64,000 nucleotides of DNA from a virus. Of this stretch, positions 55,423 to 64,000 are shown in pieces. The stretch lies in IMG/VR virus record IMGVR_UViG_3300012677_000092. The stretch is one strand, 5' to 3'. A model generated the notes under the pieces. That model had not been told where the DNA came from, did not search any database, and worked only from the letters and a program-made list of their open reading frames with translations. The translations under genes were made by a program, and so were the position numbers. Position 1 is the first letter of the stretch; the number at the start of each line of letters is the position of its first letter.

Positions 55423-55503
55423 TCGCTTGTCTATATAGGCAAGCAGCGCAACGATTAGTACACCAAAGCTAATCATCAAAGATATAGCCTGATATGTATC
55501 CAT
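55417..55503 (-). CDS. Putative holin-like type I toxin, 28 aa (not in ORF track)
   Basis: MDTYQAISLMISFGVLIVALLAYIDKRK; GGAGG RBS with an upstream complementary cctccc. Confidence 0.8.
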   Translation of the reverse strand: MDTYQAISLMISFGVLIVALLAYIDKRK

Positions 55504-55644
55504 ATGCACCACCTCCCCCTTTATATGATAAAGTCTGGGAGGCTTCCACCCTGTACACGGTGCTCATGTGCAGATTATAGCACGCACCATTATAAATCTC
55601 AACCAGAAATTCTATGCCTAAAGAAACAGCTCCGAAAACGTATT

Positions 55645-55736
55645 AATGTCACAACAATGTCACGTGGCATAAAGATACCCCGGAAGCCCAGTAAAATCAA
55701 GGCCTCCGGGGATTTAGACACTCATTCAAACTCAAT
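55645..55736. other. Prophage right attachment region; core tcattcaaactcaat (minus strand ATT GAG TTT GAA TGA, guaA-like IEFE-stop)
   Basis: AATGTCAC direct repeats at 55645 and 55656, inverted repeat 55678-55711, core 55722-55736. Confidence 0.6.
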
Positions 55737-55861
55737 ATTGTATACTATATCTTGTATCGCATCATTTTACAACACACTATATTTGGTATAATGATTCTAA
55801 TTATTCCACAAATTCCATGCCTTTTTCAACTTTTTTGCAAGCATTTCGCAAGCACTGGTTA

Positions 55862-56125
55862 TTACATTATCTTCAGCAACTGGATAAGAGTATGTGCATC
55901 ATCTGTGCCAGCTTTTACTTCTTTCGTATCAAAACGCTTGAACCCATTTTTTTCTTCATAGAACTTCATCAGTTTTTCGTTATTCTCTGTTTCTAAGAAA
56001 ATAACCATACCGCCTGCCATATATTGCAGTTCTTTGATGGTATCTAACGCTGCCCGTATCAACTGCTCACCAGTAATTCTTTCATTTGCACCACCAGAGA
56101 AATTTTTTCCCATCTGTGCGATCAT
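55862..56125 (-). pseudogene. C-terminal fragment of a GNAT acetyltransferase
   Basis: AQMGKNF...GG.VIFLE.ENNEKLMKFYE.NGF; N-terminal half absent. Confidence 0.6.
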
Positions 56126-56182
56126 GGTTCTTTTTATTTTTTCTACAAGTATCCAAAAGGTCTTACACCCAAAAACGAATCT

Positions 56183-56234
56183 CTACAAGCCACAAAATAG
56201 CGGCTTGTAGCAGTCTCATTAATCATTCGAACTC
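56183..56234. other. Second att-like junction (core tcattcgaactc) with adjacent inverted repeat
   Basis: ctacaagcc...ggcttgtag 56183-56210, then core 56223-56234, 11/12 match to the 55722 core. Confidence 0.5.
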
Positions 56235-56369
56235 GGCCTGCCCATCGGTATTATTAAACATATTTATTTAGTTTCATTGCATTTTTAGGCCGTTTTTTAC
56301 TTCTATTACATATATTATTTTGACTTACTGATTTTTAGTTGCCAAAATGTAGCCACAGATAACATAAAA

Positions 56370-57512
56370 CTACTTCAACGTAAATCCGTCTACTAGTTTT
56401 TTGATTTCTTTTGAATTTGTCGAAGAAGCGGTATAGTCAGACCTCTCTATAAAAGAATCATTTAACGCTGATTGTATTGATCTTATAACTGTTTCAAATT
56501 CAATTTCTTTTGACATATCTTCAAAATAAATTTTTCTATATAAAGCAGGAATAATTAGAGCCATAGATGTTTGAAATTTATAACTTTTACTCGATATTCC
56601 ATATAGTTCTTTAGAAAGTGGATACGGCGTAATTATAGTACATTTTATTAACCACTTATTAAAGTCCTCAAATCGTTTTTTCATTTTCATTACATCTGCT
56701 TTTACTGCTTCTTCGCTATTATTATTACAAAATTCCGACTTATTTCTCATATACTCTGTTGCATAGGTTGTCGAGTCTTTAAAATCAGTATTTATCCCAC
56801 TTTCCAATACATAAAGAATTGAAAAAACACCCTCATGTATTCTCTTTTTTAAAAATCTATCTTTTGTAACATTATAAATTACAGATAATTTACTTTTTGG
56901 GTCTTTATATAATTTTTCAGTGAAGAAATTCACATAATCGTTATGTGGAGATGAATACACTGCATTTCTTATTTCTTGGGAAGTCAATGTTTTAGTTCCT
57001 TTATTATATCTATTGAAAACTTCTAGTTCAAATTTCTTACCCGGAAAATCTCTAAACACATATGCAGGTAATTTGTGACCAATTAATGCTTCTCTTTCTT
57101 CAATTGGAAGATCATCAAAATATGAACCCTCATACTTTACCAGTAATTGCAGATTAGTTAATGGAAATTCTCCTTTCCTAAATCTATAAAAAGCAAACAA
57201 ACGATGTTGTCCATCAACAACATTAAGAACCTGCACATCTTTTAATCTTGAAGAACATAAAAATACTGGTGGTATTGGTATTCCTACTAAGATAGATTCG
57301 ATTAACGAACTTTCGTCATCTATACTTGATCTATATTCTCTTTGATATGCTGGTTTTAAGATCAAGCTATCACTATATTCTAACCTTTGATCATCATTCG
57401 TCGATATTTCATCTAAGTTTTGTAATTTATAACCTCTATCAATTGCATCAACAATCGTTTTTATTGTTTGATCAAGTTGAACTGGCTTTACTTTAAATGT
57501 TGTTTCATTCAT
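56370..57512 (-). CDS. DUF262 (GmrS/ParB-like) domain protein
   Basis: PAYQREY, LIESILVGIPIPPVFL, VVDGQHRL, VFNRYNKG..LTSQEIRNA. Confidence 0.85.
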   Translation of the reverse strand: MNETTFKVKPVQLDQTIKTIVDAIDRGYKLQNLDEISTNDDQRLEYSDSLILKPAYQREYRSSIDDESSLIESILVGIPIPPVFLCSSRLKDVQVLNVVDGQHRLFAFYRFRKGEFPLTNLQLLVKYEGSYFDDLPIEEREALIGHKLPAYVFRDFPGKKFELEVFNRYNKGTKTLTSQEIRNAVYSSPHNDYVNFFTEKLYKDPKSKLSVIYNVTKDRFLKKRIHEGVFSILYVLESGINTDFKDSTTYATEYMRNKSEFCNNNSEEAVKADVMKMKKRFEDFNKWLIKCTIITPYPLSKELYGISSKSYKFQTSMALIIPALYRKIYFEDMSKEIEFETVIRSIQSALNDSFIERSDYTASSTNSKEIKKLVDGFTLK

Positions 57513-58272
57513 TTTCTGCCTCCATTTTATAATATTCTAGCACATTGTTTTTTAATAATATATCTTTTGAAATCGAAGTTAATTCTGGATATATATTATT
57601 AAATCTCATTCCCATAGTGTACAACGATGCTAATATTTTCTTTGCATTTTTATGGGAAATAACAACTTTTTTCAACACTTCATCAGCAATGTCAATATCT
57701 TCTAATCTCGTTGCATCCTGCTGAAAATATACAAACAAACCATTTTGTGCTGCCATGCGTGGGTTATTCTTTTTTGCAGTTACAACACATGGATATTCAG
57801 CTGTATCTAATATGTTTGTCTCTTCAGAAATATTCAAAATATCATTTCGGTTAATAGATGCCAAATTTAATTTATGAGGATTTAAAAACCAAACAACAGA
57901 ATTTTTATCGTCATCAGCATCAAACTGAAACGCATTTTCAACTGCAAACATTAATGAAATCAAATGCGAATATGTAAAATCTAGTAGACAAGTTGGCACC
58001 CCGAAGTGTTGTGCATATACTAGCCATTCATAATCACTTTTAATATTTATGCTGTTGCTATCAATATATAATAAAGAATTATTTTTAAAATCATCAATAA
58101 ATACCCATGCTTTTGCTTTTGAATATAACCTCATATTTGAGTCATCCAAACGCAACACTGATGGTAACAATGCTCTGTCCTGCTCCTGTCCCCTTGATAA
58201 TACAAACTCCGAAGAGATGTTATGAATATATTCTATATATTTTTCCAGGTTTTCAATAATAATTTCTTCCAT
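57505..58272 (-). CDS. FRG domain protein
   Basis: SRGQ...LLPSVLR, QHFGVPTCLLDFT, NPRMAAQNGLF, LYTMG.RFNNIYPEL. Confidence 0.85.
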   Translation of the reverse strand: MEEIIIENLEKYIEYIHNISSEFVLSRGQEQDRALLPSVLRLDDSNMRLYSKAKAWVFIDDFKNNSLLYIDSNSINIKSDYEWLVYAQHFGVPTCLLDFTYSHLISLMFAVENAFQFDADDDKNSVVWFLNPHKLNLASINRNDILNISEETNILDTAEYPCVVTAKKNNPRMAAQNGLFVYFQQDATRLEDIDIADEVLKKVVISHKNAKKILASLYTMGMRFNNIYPELTSISKDILLKNNVLEYYKMEAENE

Positions 58273-58668
58273 TTTTATCCTCTGTTCATTTTTATTCTTT
58301 TCCTAACTTACTTGTTCAATTTTTATGTATAATTAGACCATTTTTCACTTTAATTACTTAAACATTCTAGCTTATGGTTTTCCTTACCAATTGTTTCCTA
58401 CAATAATATTATAAGCATTCTTAAATCAAATATCAACTATAAAAATATTTAGGAAAAGTAACAATAGTAATTCACCTATTAAATTGTAAAACAGAGAACA
58501 CGATAAAATCCCGCCCCCTGATCTCGCTTACTTCATCGTTATGACAAAATCGGTATGATACTGATGTATATGGTAGCTCTCCCCCACGCCCCCGGCCTCT
58601 TCAAAGAACAGGCAAAATCATTACTTCACCTTATCCCCTCCAAGAAGCTGAACAGCGTAGAATACTTG

Positions 58669-59007
58669 TTACCTATTGATTCCAAATGTACGGTACAACC
58701 ATGCTCTGCTATCAACCAGCATATGCAGAATTCTTACCACATATACTGTTTCCTCATCTTCAGCAATGGTAAAAAATATTTTGTACTCTTTGTAATATGT
58801 TTTATGTACTCCCAGTTCTGCCAGAATCGGATCATCATCCAACTCGTGGCTCTCTGGGAAATATTGAAGCCTGTTCACCTGTTTTCGAATACCTTTTACA
58901 GTATTTTCTGCGGCAATAGGATTGAGCAGGATAAAAGCAATATAATCACCAGCATTTTCCAAGTCCTGCTCCGCCAACTCATTCATCTTAATTTTGTACT
59001 GCTGCAT
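58669..59007 (-). CDS. RelE/ParE family toxin
   Basis: AEQDLE...YI...NPIAA...LQYFPES...YKIFFTI...VYVVRILH. Confidence 0.85.
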   Translation of the reverse strand: MQQYKIKMNELAEQDLENAGDYIAFILLNPIAAENTVKGIRKQVNRLQYFPESHELDDDPILAELGVHKTYYKEYKIFFTIAEDEETVYVVRILHMLVDSRAWLYRTFGINR

Positions 59008-59170
59008 CTCTGTATTTTTTCTCCAATTTATCGCATACTTCGTTAAAATCTTTGGTTTTACCTGCTTTGATTTGCTCTAATCCTGCAAGTACCATATTAC
59101 GGACTTCAATCTGCTGTTCTTCTAATATCGCCTTATGTTCGTCTTTTACAGCAACTGCCATAGTTATCAC
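58988..59170 (-). CDS. Cognate antitoxin
   Basis: Small acidic ORF overlapping toxin start; GLEQIKAGKTKDF motif. Confidence 0.75.
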   Translation of the reverse strand: MITMAVAVKDEHKAILEEQQIEVRNMVLAGLEQIKAGKTKDFNEVCDKLEKKYRDAAVQN

Positions 59171-59370
59171 CCTTTCCCAAACTGAAGTACTTTTACCTCA
59201 ATATAATCTGAAAACATCATAATTCCTCTATCTATATTTTACTAACAAAACACCAATTATGCAACCCCCTTTTTATTTTCCATAAAAGGTATTTACAAAT
59301 CGTTATACCATGTCGTTTATTAACTTATTAATCTTAGACCTCTCTAACTATTTTTTCCACTTTTCATGGT

Positions 59371-59634
59371 TTAAATACCACCTGCCGCTTCCAATACTAA
59401 CGACAACGCATACCTGAATCCATATTCAAAACCCTGTCTCTCTTTTTCCACACCATAATTACTTATCAAATTATATAACTGGCTTCTGTGCGGACTGTAT
59501 CCTGTTTCGCCTAAAAGTCCATTTTTTTCTACAAAACTTTCTACGGCTTCATAAGCTGCTTTCGTTCCCGGCAATTCCCTGTAGTTGTCACAAAGACTGT
59601 CAAAGTTGTAATGTATCTTTCTGATTTTATCCAT
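59371..59634 (-). CDS. Small helical hypothetical protein (paralog A)
   Basis: ELPGTKAA...LISNYG.EKERQGFEYGFRYALSLVLEA. Confidence 0.65.
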   Translation of the reverse strand: MDKIRKIHYNFDSLCDNYRELPGTKAAYEAVESFVEKNGLLGETGYSPHRSQLYNLISNYGVEKERQGFEYGFRYALSLVLEAAGGI

Positions 59635-59658
59635 GTCGTTTTCTCCTTTCTGCATGGG

Positions 59659-59901
59659 TTACATCTTCCCTGTGGCTTCCAATATTAATGAAATTGCACA
59701 TCTGAATCCGTTCACAAAGCCCTGTTTCTCTTTCCCTTCACCATATCCGCATATCAGGTCGTGAAGCTGTTCCCTGTATAGTTCGTCCTTCTCTTCCATG
59801 AAATCATCTATGGAATCACGGGCTTTTCTTGTTTCTGGCAGTTCTGCATATGCATCCATATCATTGATAGAATAGCTATATAATCGTTCTATCCATTTCA
59901 T
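59659..59901 (-). CDS. Small helical hypothetical protein (paralog B)
   Basis: ELPETRKA...LICGYG.GKEKQGFVNGFRCAISLILEA. Confidence 0.65.
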   Translation of the reverse strand: MKWIERLYSYSINDMDAYAELPETRKARDSIDDFMEEKDELYREQLHDLICGYGEGKEKQGFVNGFRCAISLILEATGKM

Positions 59902-60031
59902 CTTGTATCCCCTTTCAGATTTTACTAAAAAAAGGCAACAGCTATTATATAATAGCCGCGAGTAGTGTTGCCCCATGTGGTAATGTCATAGCTCATTATT
60001 ACGCCATCAACAACAATTGACTTCTTAAGAC

Positions 60032-60559
60032 TTAAAAATCGTATTCAAAACCACTGGTCAGCAATAATTCCAGCCTTGCCCCTACTTTCATTCCTAAAGA
60101 GAATTGAATACTTTCCAACTTGTCAGTATATCCCCATATCACAGGAAGCAACTGCTTCACGGTCTTTGTATCCAATTTAGCTTGTAGTTCTTTTTCCAAT
60201 TCTTCTGTTGCTTTTCTCTCTCTTTCTGTAAGACTGTTTTTATCTGCTCTGACTAAGTCACTCCCTTCTTTAATATGATAGGCTATCGACTGTAAGCTGA
60301 GACGTTCCATCATGCCTGAATAAATTCTGCTCTCCTGTCTTATCTGATCGGTGTTAATAAATATCTCCTCAGTCTTACATTGTGCATTCTTTAAAAGCTC
60401 CACTGCATTTTCATTAGCATGCTGGCCGTTCCCTTTCAATATTGCCAGCGCTTTTGAAACCTCATTAAACAGAAAGAGATACATTTTCTCATAATCTACA
60501 CATGTTCCATTATCTAAAAGAGCATTCAGTAAATCTTCCTTCCTAAAAGAATCTTCCAT
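60032..60559 (-). CDS. Hypothetical protein with DUF6809-like C-terminus
   Basis: C-terminal FSLGMKVGARL motif. Confidence 0.5.
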   Translation of the reverse strand: MEDSFRKEDLLNALLDNGTCVDYEKMYLFLFNEVSKALAILKGNGQHANENAVELLKNAQCKTEEIFINTDQIRQESRIYSGMMERLSLQSIAYHIKEGSDLVRADKNSLTERERKATEELEKELQAKLDTKTVKQLLPVIWGYTDKLESIQFSLGMKVGARLELLLTSGFEYDF

Positions 60560-60590
60560 GTTGTTTCTCCTCTCTATTCCATACCCATTA

Positions 60591-61257
60591 TATACTCGGA
60601 TATCTATACATGTATTATACTCGAATATTCGTACATTTTCAATATCCGAGTATAAATTTATAATTATTTTATCAAGATAACTAATGGTGAAAAAACAGTG
60701 TAGTATGTGTAATCGCTAATGGTAATTTTCACACATACTACACTTAAAACTTGTATATGTAGTCGGTGTGTGACCACGAGGGAGCAACAATGAAGCTTTT
60801 TCCTCTTGATTATGCCCTTATATGGCCGTCAGGGGCTTGTCAAGGACGTTAGCCGCTTTAGCGGTGCGAAGCATCCTTGATAAGACACTGACAGACATAT
60901 ACACTTGTCAAAGAGGAAAACCACAGTGGCTACATGTAGTCGATGAATAAATGCCGTAGTTTCGGGGCTTTTAGCACTGTGACTACGAGTTTTTGAACGG
61001 AGGTATATACATGATAAGCTATCAACCGTTTTTTAAGACTATGGAAAAGAAAGAGATTACATCCTATGCCTTGTTTAAAAAGGGCTTTTCTAAGGCAACC
61101 TATTATTCCATACAGCAGGGAAACAGCATTAGCACAAATACAGTTAACCAGCTTTGTAGGTTACTGAAATGCTCTGTTTCTGATGTAATGGAATATATTG
61201 AGGACGAGAAATGAAAAACATGTATGGATTTTCGTACCTGTTCAATATCCGAGTATA
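60591..61257. promoter_or_regulatory. Repeated operator-like motif AATATCCGAGTATA
   Basis: Inverted copies at 60591-60603 and 60616-60629; direct copies at 60640-60654 and 61243-61257, the latter two within a near-identical 27-mer. Confidence 0.65.
61011..61214 (+). CDS. Cro/C1-type HTH regulator (paralog 1)
   Basis: MISYQPFFKTM...ISTNTVNQLCRLLKCSVSDVMEY. Confidence 0.85.
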   Translation: MISYQPFFKTMEKKEITSYALFKKGFSKATYYSIQQGNSISTNTVNQLCRLLKCSVSDVMEYIEDEK

Positions 61258-61286
61258 TACATATAATTATTATACGAGGTGCGATT

Positions 61287-61487
61287 ATGATAAGTTATGA
61301 GCCATTATTCAAGACAATGAAGATGAAAAACATTAGTTCATATCAGCTTGCAAAGAGAGGTTTCTCCCGTTCTACTTATTATGCCATGAAACAGGGAAAG
61401 AGTGTCACCACTAATACCATTAATCAGTTGTGTACATTGCTTGAATGTAAAGTAGATGATGTGATGGAATACCTTGAAGAACAATAA
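61287..61487 (+). CDS. Cro/C1-type HTH regulator (paralog 2)
   Basis: MISYEPLFKTM...VTTNTINQLCTLLECKVDDVMEY. Confidence 0.85.
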   Translation: MISYEPLFKTMKMKNISSYQLAKRGFSRSTYYAMKQGKSVTTNTINQLCTLLECKVDDVMEYLEEQ

Positions 61488-61588
61488 TTGTATTTTTTTA
61501 CTTTCCGAGAAAATGATACAGGTTATCTCCTTCCTCCAACGTGATATGTGATTCCATTAACTTATCCATTACGATTTTATCACTTTTT

Positions 61589-62428
61589 CTAAAAATATCC
61601 TCTGGCTATCCCGTAGCCCTTTACATACCATCTGACCATCACATAAACCATCTGAACCAATAACAGTAAAATCATTAGATTTACAGGAACAATTGCTTTT
61701 ATCCAGTCACCGAAATATACTACAATCGCCATACTAATTACTGTGACAATTACACTGATTATATCCCAGCAATACTTCTTATACACTGATTTTAGCTTTG
61801 ATGCCACCATCCATATAATAAAACCAAGTGCTCCTGCAATGACTACCATAATGATGACACGAAGCAGCCAATACACGATAGTTCCAAACACTTCCTGTGG
61901 AATTTTATCACCCATATGAGCAACATATTTTCCCATAAAATTAATCCATTCTGCCATTAGGCATATTCCATTCCATATTGCTGTAAAAAAGCCTATAAAA
62001 TCGCTTGTAAAGGTTTCTGCCCTTATGCCAATAAAAATGGTTATCAAAAGAGAATATGCTACAAATCCGATAAATGCACCCTCGTAGGCTGCTACTTTTT
62101 GGTGTGTTTGTTCATATTGCTTTACCCTCTCTGCCAATGATGCTGTCTTACCTTGAAGTTCCCCTATTATGGTATTGGCTTTGCTTCTTTTCCTTCTCTC
62201 GCTCAGCAATAAGTCGCTTGTTTGTTTCAATTCGCTCTTTAATACTTGAACGTTCTCGGCTTTGTTCTCGCTGTTCAGCTTCTCGTTTAATTCTAGCAAT
62301 TCTGTCAGCTGCATCTGTAGTTCTTCTATGGACTTGTCTTTCCGGCTGATTTCTTCCTGCATCTGCTCCAGCAAGTCCAATAGTTCCTGTAGCTGCTCTG
62401 CTTGCTTTGAGCCTGCTAATTCGTTCAT
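61589..62428 (-). CDS. DUF6040-like coiled-coil membrane protein
   Basis: N-terminal coiled coil, several C-terminal TM helices, downstream of relaxase. Confidence 0.65.
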   Translation of the reverse strand: MNELAGSKQAEQLQELLDLLEQMQEEISRKDKSIEELQMQLTELLELNEKLNSENKAENVQVLKSELKQTSDLLLSERRKRSKANTIIGELQGKTASLAERVKQYEQTHQKVAAYEGAFIGFVAYSLLITIFIGIRAETFTSDFIGFFTAIWNGICLMAEWINFMGKYVAHMGDKIPQEVFGTIVYWLLRVIIMVVIAGALGFIIWMVASKLKSVYKKYCWDIISVIVTVISMAIVVYFGDWIKAIVPVNLMILLLLVQMVYVMVRWYVKGYGIARGYF

Positions 62429-63890
62429 CTACATTCCTCACTTTCTCTATTCTGTCTTTAGCAGCAGCAATTCTTCGTTCTGTTTCTGCAATAAACCGTT
62501 CTCGCCGTTCAGCTTCTTTGCCAATTCTTTCCATTGATAATTCTCTATCCCCAGTTCCTTTATCTTCCCATCCTGTATTTCCAAAAGATTCAGCATTTCT
62601 TCTGTACTTGGCAAGATTGTGAGCTGTGCCTGCAATTCGCTGTTTAATTGCTTCAATTTCTGATTCTGTTCCTCGTATCGAAGCAGTTGACTGTTTCGCT
62701 GCTCCAGTTCCCGAAATATCTCCACCATCAGTCCCTGCTGATCTTCGATCTGAATTACCATCTCTTCCAACATAGGAATGACTTCTCTGCTTTCTTCTAA
62801 TGTCATCCAACCCCTCCTTCCACATCTGTAAGAATTCTGACGCTTTTACAAATACCTGTTCCAGCTTTTGTAAAATTTTATTCTGCCTTATTATGATTTT
62901 ATTTGCTTCGGCTTTCCACGAAGGTGCCTTGCTTTTTCCTTCTTGGAATCTGGCATCAATCTTTCGCGCATCTGCTCCTTCATGAATTGTCGGAATCTCC
63001 ACTTTTCCCTGTCTTGCAAAAGAGCGATGGTCAATCCGGTTTTCCTTTGCAAGATGGGAATTACATTCCTTTGCCCACTCGCTTCTCCAAAGCTCACAAT
63101 TCCTCGGATTATTCCATCCTGTTGCATCCACAACTTCACGCTTCCACTGCTTTCTGTTCCGAGAATCCACTTTCTGATTCCCATCTTTATCTAACACCGG
63201 AATCCGAATACCACATCTGTCAGGGTTCTTCTTATCCTGCCACCAATCCGAATGAGCTGTGTCAATAACGTTCCCCCCTTTTTCATCCTTAAGAAACATA
63301 TAATCCTTTACTTCCTTATTGCCCCAAGTATGATCTGGTTTAAAGGGACGCATAGTAAGAAGCAGATGCACATGAGGATTTCTTACGTCTTGTTTACAAG
63401 ACGTTTCCCCCTTATCATGAATACTCCAATCCGCACACATGCCCTTTGACACAAAATTTCTCTGGATAAAATCTGTTGTATAGTCAATCTGCTCCTGCCT
63501 ATTCCACTCTTTCGGAAGTGAAAACTCAAAGGATCTGCCAAGCTGTGCATCCGAATTTTTTTCCACTTTCAGCACTTCATTCCATAACTTCTGCTTCCTA
63601 TGGGTCAGCTTGAACTTTTCAATGGCTCCTGCTTTATCCTCTGCCCTTTTATAACGGACTGACTTCATAAAGTGCTTGATATTTTCCTCGGGCACTCTAT
63701 TCCATTCCGATGGAGCATTTTCACACATCATCAGTTGAGTATACACCACTTCCTTTTTTGATGTATAATAACTCGCTTTACCGGTTTCTTCATTTTTCAT
63801 TACATCGCCATTTAGATAAGCAGATGCTGATATGACAGACCTGCCCTTACTCCTGCCGACTATCTTAATTGTAAAGTGAAAAATAGCCAC
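62148..63890 (-). CDS. mobA: MobA/MobL (MOBQ) relaxase
   Basis: AIFHFTIKIV.RSKGRS..SASAY, FEFSLPKE, DWSIHDK, NPHVHLLLTMRP, RIDHRS; GTG start at 63890. Confidence 0.9.
   Translation of the reverse strand: MAIFHFTIKIVGRSKGRSVISASAYLNGDVMKNEETGKASYYTSKKEVVYTQLMMCENAPSEWNRVPEENIKHFMKSVRYKRAEDKAGAIEKFKLTHRKQKLWNEVLKVEKNSDAQLGRSFEFSLPKEWNRQEQIDYTTDFIQRNFVSKGMCADWSIHDKGETSCKQDVRNPHVHLLLTMRPFKPDHTWGNKEVKDYMFLKDEKGGNVIDTAHSDWWQDKKNPDRCGIRIPVLDKDGNQKVDSRNRKQWKREVVDATGWNNPRNCELWRSEWAKECNSHLAKENRIDHRSFARQGKVEIPTIHEGADARKIDARFQEGKSKAPSWKAEANKIIIRQNKILQKLEQVFVKASEFLQMWKEGLDDIRRKQRSHSYVGRDGNSDRRSAGTDGGDISGTGAAKQSTASIRGTESEIEAIKQRIAGTAHNLAKYRRNAESFGNTGWEDKGTGDRELSMERIGKEAERRERFIAETERRIAAAKDRIEKVRNVDERISRLKASRAATGTIGLAGADAGRNQPERQVHRRTTDAADRIARIKREAEQREQSRERSSIKERIETNKRLIAEREKEKKQSQYHNRGTSR
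62447..62806 (-). CDS. Coiled-coil mobilization accessory protein nested in the relaxase ORF
   Basis: GGAGG RBS, heptad pattern, different frame from mobA. Confidence 0.6.
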   Translation of the reverse strand: MTLEESREVIPMLEEMVIQIEDQQGLMVEIFRELEQRNSQLLRYEEQNQKLKQLNSELQAQLTILPSTEEMLNLLEIQDGKIKELGIENYQWKELAKKLNGENGLLQKQNEELLLLKTE

Positions 63891-63939
63891 CGTTTCATCT
63901 CCCTTCTGCCACATCCGGCATTGTATCTTCACGACCGCT

Positions 63940-64000
63940 ATCTGCGCAAGATTGCCCTGCGCACAGCAGTCTGCATGAAATGCCCCTCGGAGAGTGCGCC
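63940..64000. other. Possible oriT (MOBQ nic-like AGTGCGCC at the window edge)
   Basis: gagagtgcgcc resembles the RSF1010-type AAGTGCGCCC nic; tgcgca repeats nearby; immediately upstream of mobA. Confidence 0.35.

Larger units (their letters stand above)
1..55736. mobile_element. Temperate prophage (contractile tail, PBSX/Xkd-like morphogenesis genes); left end outside window
   Basis: Complete ordered modules: lysis, tail, head, packaging, replication, immunity, integrase, att-like core at 55722-55736. Confidence 0.95.
56235..64000. mobile_element. Integrative mobilizable element (MOBQ/MobA-MobL relaxase), continuing beyond the window
   Basis: Relaxase, DUF6040-like gene, TA pair, AT-rich cargo. 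Confidence 0.7.

Noticed and set aside
58500-59046. + strand 163-aa ORF 58555-59046 and GC-rich patch near 58510-58600 as a gene or origin
   Set aside because: The ORF is antisense to the RelE/ParE toxin with no motifs; the GC patch is too short and unspecific to assign.
1-64000. CRISPR array, tRNA or rRNA genes
   Set aside because: No regularly spaced repeat-spacer array or cloverleaf/rRNA signature seen by eye.

Overview
Most of the window (1 to ~55,736) is the right-hand part of a contractile-tailed (PBSX/Xkd-like) temperate prophage, apparently from a Lachnospiraceae/Clostridia-type host. The endolysin and left att are outside the window. On the minus strand, left to right, are the holin, tail fibre, baseplate, tape measure, tube/sheath, head and packaging genes. 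Next comes an unusual five-gene block upstream of the terminase: a sodium:solute symporter, two PP-loop/PAPS-reductase-fold ATPases and two ParB/Srx proteins. Then come a DUF5677-like moron, a late regulator, and a replication/recombination region (clamp, RecU, PcfJ/PcfK, initiator, SbcD-SbcC fusion, sporulation-like sigma factor, AbrB). The immunity region holds cro/cI, a lipoprotein, an orphan hicB, the integrase and an unannotated type I toxin-antitoxin locus. The phage ends at a 15-bp core resembling a guaA 3' end. A second similar core ~500 bp further right bounds a tiny relic element. From ~56,235 a mobilizable element carries a DUF262+FRG pair, a RelE/ParE TA pair, small paralogous genes, twin HTH regulators and a MobA/MobL relaxase with overprinted genes. 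The top candidate for an undescribed system is the symporter/PP-loop/ParB block, possibly a packaging-linked DNA modification pathway with its own substrate importer. All family assignments are from motif recognition by eye; no database search was run.
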